NCBI GenBank assembly: GCA_048128005.1
Contig: JBEUKZ010000131.1
Coordinates: 1 to 64,000 of the forward strand
Source of the DNA: Veleropilina oligotropha
Taxonomy: Eukaryota
Direction of reading: 5' to 3'
DNA length: 64,000 bases
Part shown: positions 38,401-49,455 of the stretch, piece by piece
Layout: every line of letters begins with the position of its first letter
How positions within the stretch are numbered: the first letter of the stretch is position 1
Notes under the pieces: model-generated
The model's database searches: none
Seen by the model: only the letters and a program-made list of their open reading frames with translations
What the model was told of the DNA's origin: nothing
Position numbers and translations under genes: made by a program

Positions 38401-41400
38401 TCAAGTGGCCTGAGCATGATGATATTGACATTGTCAGAAAATGTTTTATCTTTGATTGTGACTTAATGTGAGATCTGCATGTGGATAGTGGTGGTCGATC
38501 ATGGCGCATAAACAACTACAAACACATTCAGCAATCATTTTAAAGTATTTCAAAACAACTTTTCGAAAACAATTGAATATAGAATATCGTTGTACACAAT
38601 TGATTGTCAAACCTTTCTCACGTCCGAATGCACGTGCATAAATTAATACATGCCCGATTCCAATGAACTTACCATTGTTTGTTCACTTTCTGCCTGTGCA
38701 CAGTCTATATACCGGAATTGTGAATAACACTAAATTGTCTCTGAGGTTATTGCTGCATGATTTTACGGCTGGTACCTTGTTCAATAATACTCGTCAGGCT
38801 CATGCCAGGACCGACATCCATATTACGGCGGGAGCATAGCCCTGATAAACGAGGAAGCCTACAAACTGATTGCAGTTAAAAGACCACTTTGACTGTTAAC
38901 TCTCTATTGGTTTTACGCAATTTAGTAAGCAAACTTTGTTAATATTACCTGAGATGTGTACATATTTGAAATGTACTCTTTATTATCTTTCCAATAACAC
39001 CTTACTTCATATGATATTGCGAAAATTATTTTGTTAACTCCTTAATAGCAAGTATTTGGTGGCCATATTGGATTTATGCAAATTAATTTGCACATTTTGT
39101 CAGAATCACCTGCATTTTATGAAAATGTGTAATAATATTGTTTATATCGACTCGTATCACATATTTAATAATATTGTCAAAAGTTTCGTATACTACTGCT
39201 TGAAATTCTTGATGTTTAACTCTGAATACAGCAATTCAGTGGCAGCCATCTTGGATTTATGCAAATTAGTATTCATATTTTGCCACCAATATCGGTGTTT
39301 TGTGAAAATATGTATATAATATATAGATTCAACAATTTTTTTACAAGTTCCATTGCAATAGTGTTAAGGATTTGAAATTACATTGAAAAATCGTCAAATG
39401 GTGTGCTATTCTTTTACTATAATACACTATTAAGGATATTCACAGAATGACGCATTTTCCAATAATTTGATTGGCAATAAAATTGCTTCCAGTGGACCAA
39501 TCTCCAAAATTTAAAAAGCATTGCGTTACATTTTCCTTTTTTGTAAAGAAAAGTATTCAGTGAACTGCCTATTGTTAAATAATAATTTTGACTTGGCAAT
39601 GCTACTAGTAGTACAAATGTTTTGTTAAAGTTATTATTCACTTTGTTTTATTCACATTATTTTATTTGAATTTTAATGGTCATGTTTACACATCAATACA
39701 TTACGGATACAAACGTTATACAATATTATCTATTTTTGATTTTCAGTTTTGCCAGCGTCTGGATGAATTACTGGAGTTGCTCTATTCAGAAAATGTTGTG
39801 GACAACGTTGAGACAGCACAAGAGGCCCTGACAGTGCTGGAGGAGAAGTGTGATGCCATTGGTAAGTCGGAACAGTGGTCATTAACTCTTAAGGGCCCAA
39901 ACCCGACTTACCAACATTTTTACACCTATATATAAGATATGCTATATCTTCGGTATTTGTCGGTATTTTCCGTAACTATTCGGAATTCTACATCCTGGCA
40001 TTTGTCGGAATCCACAATGGCGACTATAAGCACATTTCTCGATGTTTATAGTGTTTACTTTAGCCAATTTTGACCGATTAAAGTCGAATTTTCGAAAAGT
40101 ATTTTGTGAGGATACATTTTTTACGTAGCCATGTCATTATCGCGTCCAATATATCATATAAATGTGGCTGATATCCCTAGCAACAGTGATGAATCGGAAT
40201 CCGATACCAGCTAGAGTAAAACAAATAGCGACGATGACATTTGAAGTCGGGTACCTGGAAATTTACGTGAATCGTTCACGTGGTTGGAGACAAATAATTT
40301 TTTTGATGTACCAAGATACAATTCAAGTGACTGTAGTCCGAAACATAATTTAGATAAAACTTCTTCAGAAATTGATATTATATTATGAAATTTATTATAC
40401 TTTGAAGAAACTGTGAAAAATGACCAATGACCATTCTATTTATCCAACAAAATATACATGTAATCGGTGTATTACCTGAGGATACAAGTATACCAAATAC
40501 CTTACTCTGTGTAAGAAAAATACTCAGAAGTAATTTTAAGTACACATTATATATTTATGCATTCCAAGTCATATAAATTATAAAGTGATTATTTTATTTG
40601 ATATCCTGTTTTATAGCTTACCTGTGGTTTGCAGGTACCTATCTCAGGTACAAGTCGACATACACAATTTATTTTTTAGAAAAACTGAAATATACCTCTC
40701 TTGTGGTCTATGGTTTTAGTTGTTAATATAGAGTAAACAACAAACAATATAATATTATGAATGATTTATTATTCCAAAACCTGTATGGAAAATGTGGCTT
40801 TTCGATTGCTCCAATCACCTGTAATAAGAATAACCTGTGAATTATATAATGATAAGGAAATTACCTGTTGGTCATGAAGATATGTCTGGGACAATACATA
40901 GTGCAATTCTTAACTTTTTTATGTACAATTATGATATGACACAAGTATACGTTTAGTATTTATTATTTTTATATTTTACCTGTGCTATTCAGGTGCCTAT
41001 CTCAGGTGGAACTAGACATACAATATTTTTTTGTAGTCATATAGATAGCTGGTTGCATTACCATTCCGATGATACATGGTTTTCTATTTCCATCTATGAG
41101 TTCATTACATTGGTAATTGATTTATTTCTACCAATTAAAATACATATATTTTATCATATTGTCTGGGCCCTTAAGGGTTAATGAAGCAAATTAAAGCAAA
41201 TTAAAGCACATGTGTTCATGTGCATTGCATGTTACAAATACAGCCCACTTTGTGAGACAGGTGTAAAAACATGGCTCTCTGTGTATATTCACCGACTATG
41301 TGCCTGGGTTGCACCAGGTGGTCAGGGCTCGCCATCATTATATGGTAATGTCTAGTGGTGTAGCGATTCATCGATAATCGATGCATCGGGATTCCTTAGC

Positions 41401-44400
41401 TGAAGGGAAGTGGGTTTAATAATAGCAACTTGGTGTACGAAAATGGATTTACCACTTGACCTTTAAACCAACTGCTTCATCGCGGTCATTGTTTATGTAC
41501 ATGATGTATGTATGAGTTTTCGCAAGCTAAACTACTATGTATTTATTACTTATTGTGACTTTTTGTCAATTTTGAAGAATCGAATCGTATCATTTCGTCT
41601 GTATCGTATCGTAGTAGATACGTATCGTTACACCCCTAGTAATGTCAGAATATAACCTGATAAATTGAACTAGACAATGTTTACACCCGCATATCTTCAA
41701 AAATCTTTCTGCATGTATTAAATACTTGTTGATATAATTGTGCCTTTTGCTATTTTAAGCTCACACAGTTATTTCCCTTGTACCAAATCTAAAAAGTGAC
41801 TTGATAATGACACATTTATACGAAACTAAATTGTTTCACTCTGGACTTGACGTACACAATTGTATTCCCGGATAATGCTCGAGGATAGTATGGTTTAGTC
41901 ACTATTCAGCTGCAGCATCCACTCTACAGTGAACAGTTTAATCCAATTCAATTCATATTCGGTTTTCACATTAGTTATGATGAGGACACGCCGCCTAACG
42001 ATTTTCGTCATTTTAGGGTTGTTTGAAGAGATTTCTTGTGTGCTCTCTCAACAGTGAAAAGTTCAAATCTGATTTGATTCAAATGTGGTATGCTTGTTTG
42101 TTATGATGAGGACACACCGCCTAACGATTTTTGTCGGTTTCAAATTCAAGATGGCTGTCGTGGCGACCATTTTATTTGAAGAGATTTCTTGTTTGTGCTC
42201 TACAGTGAACAATTCTTACCCGATTTGATTGAAATTTTATATCCACGTTTGGTATGATGAGGACACGAAACCTATAGATTTAATCATTTTCACCATTTTC
42301 GTCATGTTCGTTGTTTTTGTGTCGCCTTGAAAAAGGTGACATATAGGGATCACTATGTCTTCGTCGGCGTCGGTGGTTTCCATGCGATAACTTTTGAAGG
42401 AATTCTTTGATTTTCATGAAACTTTCTACACTTCACTTGTGGCATCAATTCACCGCCTAAGTTCGATTTTCAACCAGTTCCGATGTTCAAGATGGCCGCC
42501 AGTGGCCATCTTGGATTTTTGTCACTCGAAATGGTTTCCGTGCGATACCTTTTGAAGGAATGCTTTGATTTTCATGAAACTTTCTACAATTACTTGTGGC
42601 ATCAATTCACCGCCTAAGTTCGATTTTCAACCAGTTCCGATGTTGAAGATGGCCGCCAGTGGCCATCTTTTATTTTTGTCACCCGAAGTTGTTTCCGTGC
42701 AATAGCATTTGAAGGAATGCTTCGATTTTCATGAAACTTGCTACACTTGCGGCATCAAATATTAATACTTTTGGGCTATATTCAGTACGTTGAAGGTTAA
42801 GATGCTGTTTTGTCTTGGTAAATGAATACATTTGTGCAATATAAAAGCTGTGGAATGACTTATAAGGATTTTGCTAAGCTGCCATTTTGAATTCCAATAT
42901 GGCCACCATAACAGAATTGCCTCAAATGCAAACATTGGTTTTTGAACTCCCCAGGGTATACAGTTTTCAAAAATATATAGGTTTGCAAATCTCCAAGAAA
43001 AAAACGAAACCGTTTTTTAGAGCATAGTGAACCTGACTAATTGTGGGGATCTCGCTGGCCTAGCCTTCTTGTTTCATTTAAAAGAAAATGTGATATTATA
43101 ATTCTGTCTTTAACGTGCAGATCAAGCAATATACCAGCTCCTGGACGATGGCCAGAGCCTACTGGATGAGATGTCCAGGCCGGTCAAGAATGCGTCTGGC
43201 AAGGACATCTCCCCCGACTACGCCAAGCACCTGAAGCACGTCGCACAGAAACTGGAGGAGATCCAGGAACGCAAGCTGCGCTGCGATGAGCTCGCGGACA
43301 TGAGGCGACTGAAGCTGCAGCAAATTCTGCAGCTCTGCACCTGCGAGCGGGACGCGGATCAGGTGAGATGATGAGAGAGACGCGGATCAGGTGAGATGAT
43401 GAGAGGGACGCGGATCAGGTGAGATGATGAGAGAGATGCGGATCAGGTGAGATGATGAGAGGGACGCGGATCAGGTGAGATGATGCTCAATGTACTGATC
43501 AGGTGGGTGACGTTAAATACTCTGATCAGATGATGAGAGGGACGCGGATCAGGTGAGATGAGAGGGATGCGGATCAGGTGAGATGATGCTCAATGCACTG
43601 ATCAGGTGGTTAACGTTAAATACTCTGATCAGATGATGAGAGGGACGCGGATCAGGTGAGATGATGCTCAATGCACTGATCAGGTGGGTGACGTTAAACA
43701 CTCTGATCAGATGATGCGAGGGACGCGGATCAGGTGAGATGATGCTCAATGCACTGATCAGATGGGTGACGTTAAATACATTGATCGAGTGATGAGAGGG
43801 ACGCGGATCAGGTGAGATGATGAGAGGACGCGGGTCAGGTGAGATGATGCTCAATGCACTGATCAGATGGGTGACGTTAAATACATTGATCGAGTGATGA
43901 GAGGGACGCGGATCAGGTGAGATGATGCTCAATGCACTGATCAGGTGGGTGACGTTAAATACTCTGATCAGGTGATGAGAGGGACGCGGATCAGGTGAGA
44001 TGATGCTAAATGCACTGATCAGGTGGGTGACGTTAAATACATTGATCGAGTGATGAGAGGGATGCGGATCAGGTGAGATGATGCTAAATGCACTGATCAG
44101 GTGGGTGACGTTAAATACTCTGATCGGGTGATGAGAGGGACGCGGATCAGGTGAGATGATGCTCAATGCACTGATCAGGTGGGTGACGTTAAATACTCTG
44201 ATCGGGTGATGAGAGGGACGCAGATCAGGTGAGATGATGCTGAATGCACTGATCAGATGGGTGACGTTAAATACTCTGATCAGATGATGAGAGGACGTGG
44301 ATCAGGTGAGATGATGCTCAATGCACTGCTCAGGTGGGATGATATTAAATACTCGGAAAAGACACGAGTCTTGATGTGTATCAAAGTGGGTTACATTTTG

Positions 44401-47400
44401 GGTTAGAGTAAATTTAATATTGGCCGATACTTGTTCTGTAATCGGCAGGCCTGTCGTCTGATATTAGTTTTATATAGCATTGCTCTATCATATGCGATCG
44501 GTGCCAATAACAGGCATTCTTTTAGACATATTGGTATCACTTTCAAGACATTTTAGCATTACAGATATTTATGTTGATATTCCTGTGCCAAGAGCAGATT
44601 TTGGCACATTGACAAGGTGTAGTGAATTTCATTCAGTATTCCGCATTGTTTGACTGATGAACAATTCAGTGACTGATATAATGATGTATCTAAGGATTTC
44701 ATTAATTTGGATAGGATAATCTAGAAATTGATATTTATATTATATTTCAATCTTTATACATGAAACCAACTGTCATCTATTGGTCAACTTGTAGAATGTG
44801 GAAAAAACACTTAAATCTAATAGCATTTATAGCTTAAAAGTCGGTTCCTTTCCTTCGACAGGAGACATTAAACCGAGATTTCGACTACAAACACAACTGA
44901 AAAACTGTCAAATTGTAGTGGTAAAACTAAACTGACTCATATCACGTCATAACTGAAATACTGTACTACAATAGAAATCAATACTCTGTATTCATATATC
45001 TTCCCATACAGACCTTCAGCTGGATAAATATTCTTTAGGCTGCAAAAATGGGATGAGGGAGGCACTTTTGCAACTTTTTTACAGTTTTACCTTTTAGCTT
45101 AAATAAATATATGCAAAATATTTGAACACGAACTAGGATACTATGTTCCAAATTGTTGCTGTTGAAAATATCGTCAAAAAATTAACATTGTAAAAAATAT
45201 CTTGTGCATTGAAAATCAGATGCGTGCGGTGCCGGAGAATCTAAACATTAATTTTGCGTTTTTCAAATGTCTCCTTCATTCAGGCCATCAGCTGGATCCT
45301 GGAGCTCTGTGATGCCATGGTCTACACGCACACAGACATGGGCAACAGTAAGGAGGAGGCGGACAACCTCCAAGCCGAACACAAGCAGTTCGAGTCCACC
45401 GCAGTGGTAGGCATAATATGGCTGACATTTTAATGTAGTTTCAACAACTCGTTATATCATTATGATATTTGATCACATTAACATAGGCATATTTGATTGA
45501 AAATCCAATGATTGTATGCACTGTTCTGCAGCATAGTCAATTTGAAATGTTGGTAGACTCATGTCCAAAACAAGGGTGGCATGGGAGAAAAACATCCTAA
45601 TAAGAAACAATATATGGATCTTACTGAAAGTCTGAATATGTGTATTCTTTATCATTATGTTGGACAAAAATATAATGAATGATAAAGTATGTCTTGCATA
45701 TTGTTGTACATATATATATAAAGTACTTTTCATTAATGTACATTTCAAAAGCTTACGTTTGTCATATCATAGAAAGTCAATTTTTAAAGAAATATTGATT
45801 TCAGAATGTTAATGTGTCAAATAGATTTATGGATCTGTTCTGAATGTGGAATGCAACAATGATTGATTCTGTTGCCACAAAATAACATTTTCGATTACAT
45901 GTTCATGTCTGTGTTTGAATTTCAGGGTACATATGAGTACGGCAAACAGTTACTTCAAGCTGGGTTGGTGCTCAGACGTTCTCTACGCTATGATCTAGGA
46001 CCTTATAATCTACGATCTCAACAACTGGAGAATGCTTGGAAACGGTTCTCGCAAGGAACCAATGAGAGGGCGAATAGACTGACTGTGGCGGCCATGTTCC
46101 TGTCCTCCTCTGACATGGTAAATGAGAGGGCGAATAGACTGACTGTGGCGGCCATGTTCCTGTCCTCCTCTGACATGGTAAATGAGAGGGCGAATAGACT
46201 GACTGTGGCGGCCATGTTCCTGTCCTCCTCTGACATGGTAAATGAGAGGGCGAATAGACTGACTGTGGCAGCCATGTTCCTGTCCTCCTCTGACATGGTA
46301 AATGAGAGGGCGAATAGACTGACTGTGGCGGCCATGTTCCTGTCCTCCTCTGACATGGTAATACGGACTGCATAGAAATTCAAAGAACTAGCATTCAATG
46401 CTGGCCCCATTCATGTAATCCATCACCAAATCAGAGTACATGTACAAGCACATTTTAACGGTAGTTTCCACTTGTGAATTGATTGGTTCTAATCTCAGGT
46501 ATTATACTAATAAGGAATTATCAATTCTGTTAAATCTGCTATGATTTCTATAGAAGTAAAACAACCCTGCTTGTCATGAATCCATGGTATAAAGTCCACA
46601 AAGTTCCAAAATGTTTCAAACCTACAACAATTTACACAATCTATTGTTTTTAATAATAAAAGTGGTCAAGATTCAGATATATATGTTTGACTTATTATTG
46701 AATCTGAATCTCATTTCCAGCTCCTGGAGCGCATTGAGGAGGTGCTCCTGGCGATCTCGCAGACCCTGACCCAGGAGGTGAGTGCCGAGGAGGTCATCCC
46801 CGCGTACGAGCCGCTGAAGACCCACATCCTCCAGGAGCATCAGGACGTCGGCCAGATGGGCCGGGCGCTGTTGGAGCGCCTGTCTCTCCCGGTCATCCTC
46901 CAGGATGGGTGAGTTGATCCATTAATCTCATTATGCATATGTCCTGGAGCGGCTTTCTCTCCCAGTCATCCTCCAGGATGGGTGAGTTGATACGTTAATC
47001 TCATTATGCATATATCCTAGAGCGGCTGTCTCTCCCGGTCATCCTCCAGGATGGGTGAGTTGATCCATTAATCTCATTATGCATATGTCCTGGAGCGGCT
47101 TTCTCTCCCAGTCATCCTCCAGGATGGGTGAGTTGATCCGTTAATCTCATTATGCATATATCCTAGAGCGGCTGTCTCTCCCGGTCATCCTCCAGGATGG
47201 GTGAGTTGATCCGTTAATCTCATTATGCATATATCCTAGAGCGGCTGTCTCTCCCGGTCATCCTCCAGGATGGGTGAGTTGATCCGTTAATCTCATTATG
47301 CATATGTCCTGGAGCGGCTGTCCGTCCCGTTCATCTTGCAGGAAGGGTGTCTTGGAGTGCCTGTCTCCTGATCATCCTTAATGATGGGTGAGTCAGAACT

Positions 47401-49455
47401 GGTAATCACGTTATACCAGTCATCATCAAAGGCCGGTGAGTCAGAACCGTTGATCTCATTATGCCAGTATCCTCCAATACGGGTGAGTCAGAAATGTTAA
47501 GCTCACTGGCCTGTATCCTCCAATACGGGTGAGTCAGAAATGTTAAGCTCACTGTGCCGGTATCCTCCAAGATGGGCGAGTCAAAACCGTTAAGCTCACT
47601 GTGCAGGGCCATAGCTGTGGACCAATAATCGTCAATATGTGACAAAAACTAAAAAATTAACTCGTAGAGAAAGGTGAAAATGATTCATAAAGAAAGGTGA
47701 AAATGATTCAAAAATGTTTGTAAGACATATAACTCATTTATACTCTCAGAATACGGAGGGGGGGTTTTACACTGTAAATCGTCATAATTTTTCTTTGCAT
47801 GGGGGTCCTCCGTCTCCATTCATAGAATATTCACAGAAAATCTTAAAAGTTGCTACTGCCATACTAAAAGAAGTCACCTTCCTACGTGCCTGCTGTGCCA
47901 GTCATCCTTAAAGATGGATGAGTCTGAACTGATAATCTCATTATACCAATCATCTGCCAAGACGGGTGGGCCGCTTTGGCAGCGCAGTGGATAAGAGTGT
48001 CCACTCTAAATTCACTGGCTTGATTCCGCTAATGCGAACATTAGTGGGTTCAATACCTGGCAGAGGCATTGACATTTGTTCAAGTTATGAATCACAGTTG
48101 TCCGCGACTGGCCGAAGAGGCCTGGTTTACCCGGGCGACCGGGGTTTCCTCCCGCGATAACACTGACATGTCTGCCTTGAACCTCGATGTTGTAAATATA
48201 CAGGACATAAGCATCATTCCTCCCTCCCAAGACGGGTGAGTTGGAACTGATGATCTCAGTATGCATCTGTCCTGGAGAGGCTGGCGTTCCTGGTCACCGT
48301 CCAAGCCGGCCGAGGCAGAATTGTGATTCTCATTATGCATTTGTCCTCAACAAAAATTAATTTCAAAATTGCAGATGGTCACATTTATGATGTTCATTTT
48401 ACCATAAGGCAATAATTTTATATTTTTCGTAATACACTTGTAATATGTCTTGCTTGAAATTTAATTGTATCATTTCATGAGCGTGTTTTAAGCATCAAAT
48501 AAAATAACGGGTTCTGAAAAGTCCACATACAAAGTTTTATAGAGAAATGGATACAATAAAAATAGAATGCTATTCCAATAACATTGCACACAACTGTCTG
48601 ATAGACTTCCAGTGCATAAATGGTGTTTATTGTATTTTTATTGTATCACGCGAGGCTGTGGAGAATATTGATGTTGTACGAGCGGCGAAGCATCAAGGCA
48701 AGCAGCCATTTTGGCCACAATAACTACTCCTTACCAACCACACTAACATTCAATACCTTCTATTTACCACTAACCAATGCTGTGGTAAATATGATTTTTT
48801 TTCTAACATTTGTTGCATATGTTTCAGCGAGGAGAAGCGATTCAGTATTGAAGACCAGGGTGCTTCCGACACCATTGGTCTCAAACTTCGATTATTGGAG
48901 CAAAAGATCCATGACATGGTGCAGTACTGGTCGGAAATGGAAAATGCTCCATCTTGGAGCGCGAACCAAAGATTGGACACGTCCGCGTCGCCGGTGCCGG
49001 GCGGATCTCAGAAGATACGGGTGGACAAGCTATATCAGACTCCAAAGCGGAAGCTGTCCCAGCATCGACATCGGCCCTCAGACCCAGGATTCAAAAGTGC
49101 ATTGGTGAATTCGCAGCTCTCCAATGGACACGTGAAAGCTCAAAGTTTAACGTCGCTGAATAGTCCCAGTGAATCTAAGGTTTCCTCGACGCAACCCTAT
49201 CGAGCATCACCGATTCAAGGCGTAAGCGCCAAACTGGTGACCTTCAGTAGTCATCAGGACCTGTCCACTTCTGCTTCAATTCATAGTCCATCAAATTCAT
49301 CTGCTGGCTCGGAGGCTCGGAATTTAATCCGGAAAGAAAATGTGATAGCAACCGGGTCTGCTCCCTCTGAACAGGAATATATTGTCCGTGCGGAGCCTGT
49401 GTTTATGACAGCCATCGAACCAGACGGAGAACGACTCGGAGAGGAACTGAAGGAG
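19091..49455 (+). CDS. Spliced host gene: repetitive N-terminus + SEC14/CRAL-TRIO domain + spectrin repeats (SESTD1/Trio-N-terminus/zormin-like)
   Basis: Phase-consistent GT-AG exons: 19080-20420, 20845-20910, 21388-21502, 22776-22866, 23708-23818, 24080-24193, 24761-24935, 26189-26409, 34416-34538, 36725-36916, 39747-39861, 43121-43362, 45284-45406, 45926-46117, 46721-46908, 48828-49455. SEC14-like GGRDLSGGPVLIFP..GFIAVVD..QLPAELGG; spectrin-like VLDWV..HEELE and AISWI..HKQFE. The 5' and 3' ends are uncertain. Confidence 0.88.
20845..20910 (+). CDS. Host exon (SEC14 start, QTNLQASHIVDLLRQGMVYLT)
   Basis: tttcag / G|gtaagc. Confidence 0.85.
21388..21502 (+). CDS. Host exon (SEC14, GGRDLSGGPVLIFP)
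   Basis: tttgaag / AG|gtagca. Confidence 0.88.
22776..22866 (+). CDS. Host exon (SEC14, EESKRQGFIAVVDSR)
   Basis: ttcag / GAG|gtaaag. Confidence 0.88.
22879..22985. mobile_element. ~107-bp MITE, CCC...GGG ends, 2-bp TSD GA (CACTA/EnSpm-like)
   Basis: TIR CCCAGCCGGCAAAAGA / TCTTTTGCCGGCTGGG; internal ACGTTG repeats. Confidence 0.75.
23708..23818 (+). CDS. Host exon (SEC14)
   Basis: ctacag / CAG|gtatga; QTVSRKLKIVLVIK. Confidence 0.85.
24080..24193 (+). CDS. Host exon (SEC14 end, DQNQLPAELGGFLPYTHGHW)
   Basis: ttttaag / CTG|gtaagt. Confidence 0.88.
24761..24935 (+). CDS. Host exon
   Basis: attcag / G|gtatgc; DFEKFIRDADAVSKQL. Confidence 0.85.
25379..25632. repeat. Intronic minisatellite, 57 bp x 4 plus a partial unit
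   Basis: Units begin CATGAACCCATC at 25379, 25436, 25493 and 25550. Confidence 0.95.
26189..26409 (+). CDS. Host exon
   Basis: aaacag / ATA|gtaagc; phase 1 in, phase 0 out. Confidence 0.85.
27855..30137 (+). CDS. gag: B1 gag-like ORF1, intact
   Basis: ATG 27855, Cys/His finger, LLRRDA, ends GRGKPRP-TAG. Confidence 0.9.
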   Translation: MVRCSSSGCNQKIHGFDKHKECRIHRTCSLNLQCDLCLLLSDKQWAVLAHQGKSTRATATVGPSPEMGQEEASKLTSSLRGSVRDNVSSFSDSGTLMDASRPKGPAVAGTTPGATSATLGGVTETSPGPQIQVPARVPTVPPQTGQVTAANHTLPASKVYLAAQRTAEQGRQSPSFSSASKNKRTVSPSAGNSPSCDGDRLNAEKAFKEAGHLLVGLRLGQSATPESSIETDATTPKGFPLNLEAHETFRGPLLSRAPTMVTLEKGYRPAAFGTGFYGGFPTVPLPNRVVDRSELLPQFYRSSGPLTAPSGQPFGFDPSTSALGPWSSVRPVNAARLPSATVSSTELQAVSSTPVLPQGFSLENVQAWIAAGIEERCKAWPTAPQPRLVPTHLPLAQSTAPASVMEIDPRSDEDLDSLHSDLPESVGPEDASLSGTQEPTSSTRRRLDAVASLRGVLGLSEPTRSAVDVAKHRTAAHRFVAREAPELPSLPQSGLVDLVVDSITKLIQGRNPVESSPLNEFPSGFRSGRFLRASSRAIPFVCTGPCLATDPARVDASLRRLTASHTPSVAKVPWSALEAFESAARRALRLSSVQDFFLDGAIAVLQEDGPGAHEAALSFLQEVAAAQETSALETGRVLGNALLLRRDACLEGTSLDEATRRLLRCVPCSATTLFGDNFSEFVDKRAADMKDRAIEKAVLLPTRGPPANSKKRSGPTPAPKPSKRAKPSSGGRPPANKPTPKRQAPPAKSRKQSGRGKPRP
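29929..32211 (+). CDS. pol: B1 pol (RT-RNase H-MTase-like), uninterrupted
   Basis: YLDD, FTDAS, VDLFAT, YAFPP; no ATG upstream of the RT core. Confidence 0.95.
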   Translation: MPSRRQYCSPPGVHLPTRRSAPGPPRPRSLLSVRSPLRVVGLRPINPLQRGKHLQRNPVSRAGEGSLGPRAAGIRDGLSCPLPPVGACLLAHSQSWLELTDSNWVHLVVSAGYKLAFNRHPTLTEAPPPRHARLLNGEKQAVLDQAVRDLLLKRAIYPAPPSTPGFYSHFFLVPKPDGRWRPILDLSYLNRYLRTEKFQQETLSKIRAAIRPGDWAASIDLADAYLHVPMHVTAHQYLRFIHGETIYQFRCLPFGLSSAPYVFTRTVQALGAFLHSLGHRVHMYLDDWLILGASRDLCLQSTSFTLSSAKRLGFQINETKSCFVPSTTFTFLGVDFNTVRYTAKPTQQRMRNLRAVIQDTLSSDITTARRLATVLGHIESVATLLPTGRMDKRPLQQAFRDRWIQRTGQWTDRIDLRHWFTSTTAVWLNPALPDQSVPISPPEPNAYLFTDASNDGWGGHLDSHETSGLWPTDLQGRHINFLELEAVYLSVRSLSSHLRSKHIMLATDNTTVVAYIQHQGGTRSRPLCDRAIDLHRLVMSLNSTIRARHIPGKLNVRADSLSRRSQIIHTEWTLHSRVARDVCRRWSQPQVDLFATEFNYRLPLYVSPYPDPAALVVDALSMTWENLSAYAFPPSCILSLVLQKASTERCEITLIAPLYRTQPWFPTLLDLIADRPLALPQKLDLLMQPRTRVLHESPNDLRLHAWRLSNDPLLRKDFLKLQPYASTDREGFPRQKFMTTDGLSTWIGVTAGRSIYSVPL
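30138..33122 (+). pseudogene. B1 tyrosine recombinase ORF with a single nonsense change
   Basis: GRRCSE, HEVR, YW and YY motifs; TAA at 32793-95 where B2 has TAT. Confidence 0.9.
33957..34046. repeat. B1 ICR
   Basis: Complement of both termini joined through AT. Confidence 0.95.
34416..34538 (+). CDS. Host exon (spectrin repeat, VLDWVLGPGEKLL)
   Basis: gtccag / ACG|gtctgt. Confidence 0.88.
34686..36257. mobile_element. Non-autonomous TIR element (TACTGTAAATCA...TGATTTACAG)
   Basis: Imperfect TIRs with TTCGC(G/T) subterminal repeats. Confidence 0.65.
35719..36054. repeat. Dispersed ~340-bp repeat ending in a ~110-bp hairpin; inverted copy at 58613-58955
   Basis: Direct comparison of the two copies; hairpin 35935-36047. 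Confidence 0.85.
36725..36916 (+). CDS. Host exon (spectrin, DTYGQYAELRHKA..RLERRR)
   Basis: ttgcag / GAC|gtacgc. Confidence 0.88.
37003..39607. mobile_element. Putative Academ-like non-autonomous element
   Basis: TIR TAGTAGCAATGCCAA / TTGGCAATGCTACTA (1 mismatch), TAG...CTA ends; TSD not clean. Confidence 0.5.
39747..39861 (+). CDS. Host exon
   Basis: tttcag / G|gtaagt; FCQRLDELLELL. Confidence 0.88.
39882..41181. mobile_element. piggyBac-like non-autonomous element
   Basis: TTAA + C(T/C)CTTAAGGGCCCA TIRs + TTAA. Confidence 0.8.
41353..41638. mobile_element. hAT-like MITE
   Basis: TIR TAG(T/G)GGTGTA(G/A)CGAT; exact 8-bp TSD GTAATGTC at 41345-52 and 41639-46. Confidence 0.85.
41860..42760. 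repeat. Two adjacent elements with internal tandem units (~125-140 bp and ~159 bp), Helentron-associated-like
   Basis: Repeated TATGATGAGGACAC units, and GTTTCC.TGC.ATA..TTTGAAGGAAT units near 42374, 42533 and 42691; family assignment is inference. Confidence 0.5.
43121..43362 (+). CDS. Host exon
   Basis: gtgcag / CAG|gtgaga; RRLKLQQILQLCTCERDADQ. Confidence 0.9.
43350..44352. repeat. Satellite derived from the exon/intron boundary (28-30-bp and ~78-bp units)
   Basis: About 17 copies of GGATCAG|GTGAGATG. Confidence 0.93.
45284..45406 (+). CDS. Host exon (spectrin, AISWILELCD)
   Basis: attcag / GTG|gtaggc. Confidence 0.88.
45926..46117 (+). CDS. Host exon (first of five possible donors)
   Basis: tttcag / ATG|gtaaat; GTYEYGKQLLQAGLVLRRSLRY. 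Confidence 0.85.
46061..46360 (+). repeat. 60-bp x 5 in-frame tandem repeat spanning the splice donor
   Basis: Unit AATGAGAGGGCG...GACATG|GTA; one substitution seen across the copies. Confidence 0.97.
46721..46908 (+). CDS. Host exon
   Basis: ttccag / GG|gtgagt. Confidence 0.88.
46872..47600. repeat. 73-bp tandem repeat spanning the splice donor (6 copies plus degenerate ones)
   Basis: GGATGG|GTGAGT at 46903, 46976, 47049, 47122, 47195 and 47268; decayed copies continue to ~48240. Confidence 0.93.
47604..47892. mobile_element. Small insertion with CAGG...CCTG ends and a 5-bp TSD CTGTG
   Basis: Interrupts a unit of the degenerate donor repeat; TIRs weak. Confidence 0.5.
47968..48200 (+). 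mobile_element. tRNA-derived SINE-like element
   Basis: A-box-like TGGCAGCGCAGTGG, B-box-like GGTTCAATACC, then a CCGGG..CCGGGGTTTCCTCCC core. Confidence 0.6.
48828..49455 (+). CDS. Host exon (last one traced; donor GAG|gtaaga, or read-through to TGA 49465-67)
   Basis: tttcag acceptor, phase 2 matches the previous exon; Ser-rich tail. Confidence 0.8.

Noticed and set aside
38235..38471. 78-aa ORF with an FKWP..DD motif
   Set aside because: Probably a fragment of a transposon-borne gene inside the 37003-39607 element; too short to call.
43549..44166. 205-aa minus-strand ORF; repeat-spacer appearance
   Set aside because: Product of the donor-derived satellite; the spacers are themselves repeated and there are no cas genes.
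47968..48068. tRNA gene
   Set aside because: A/B boxes are present but there is no cloverleaf and it is followed by a SINE-like body.
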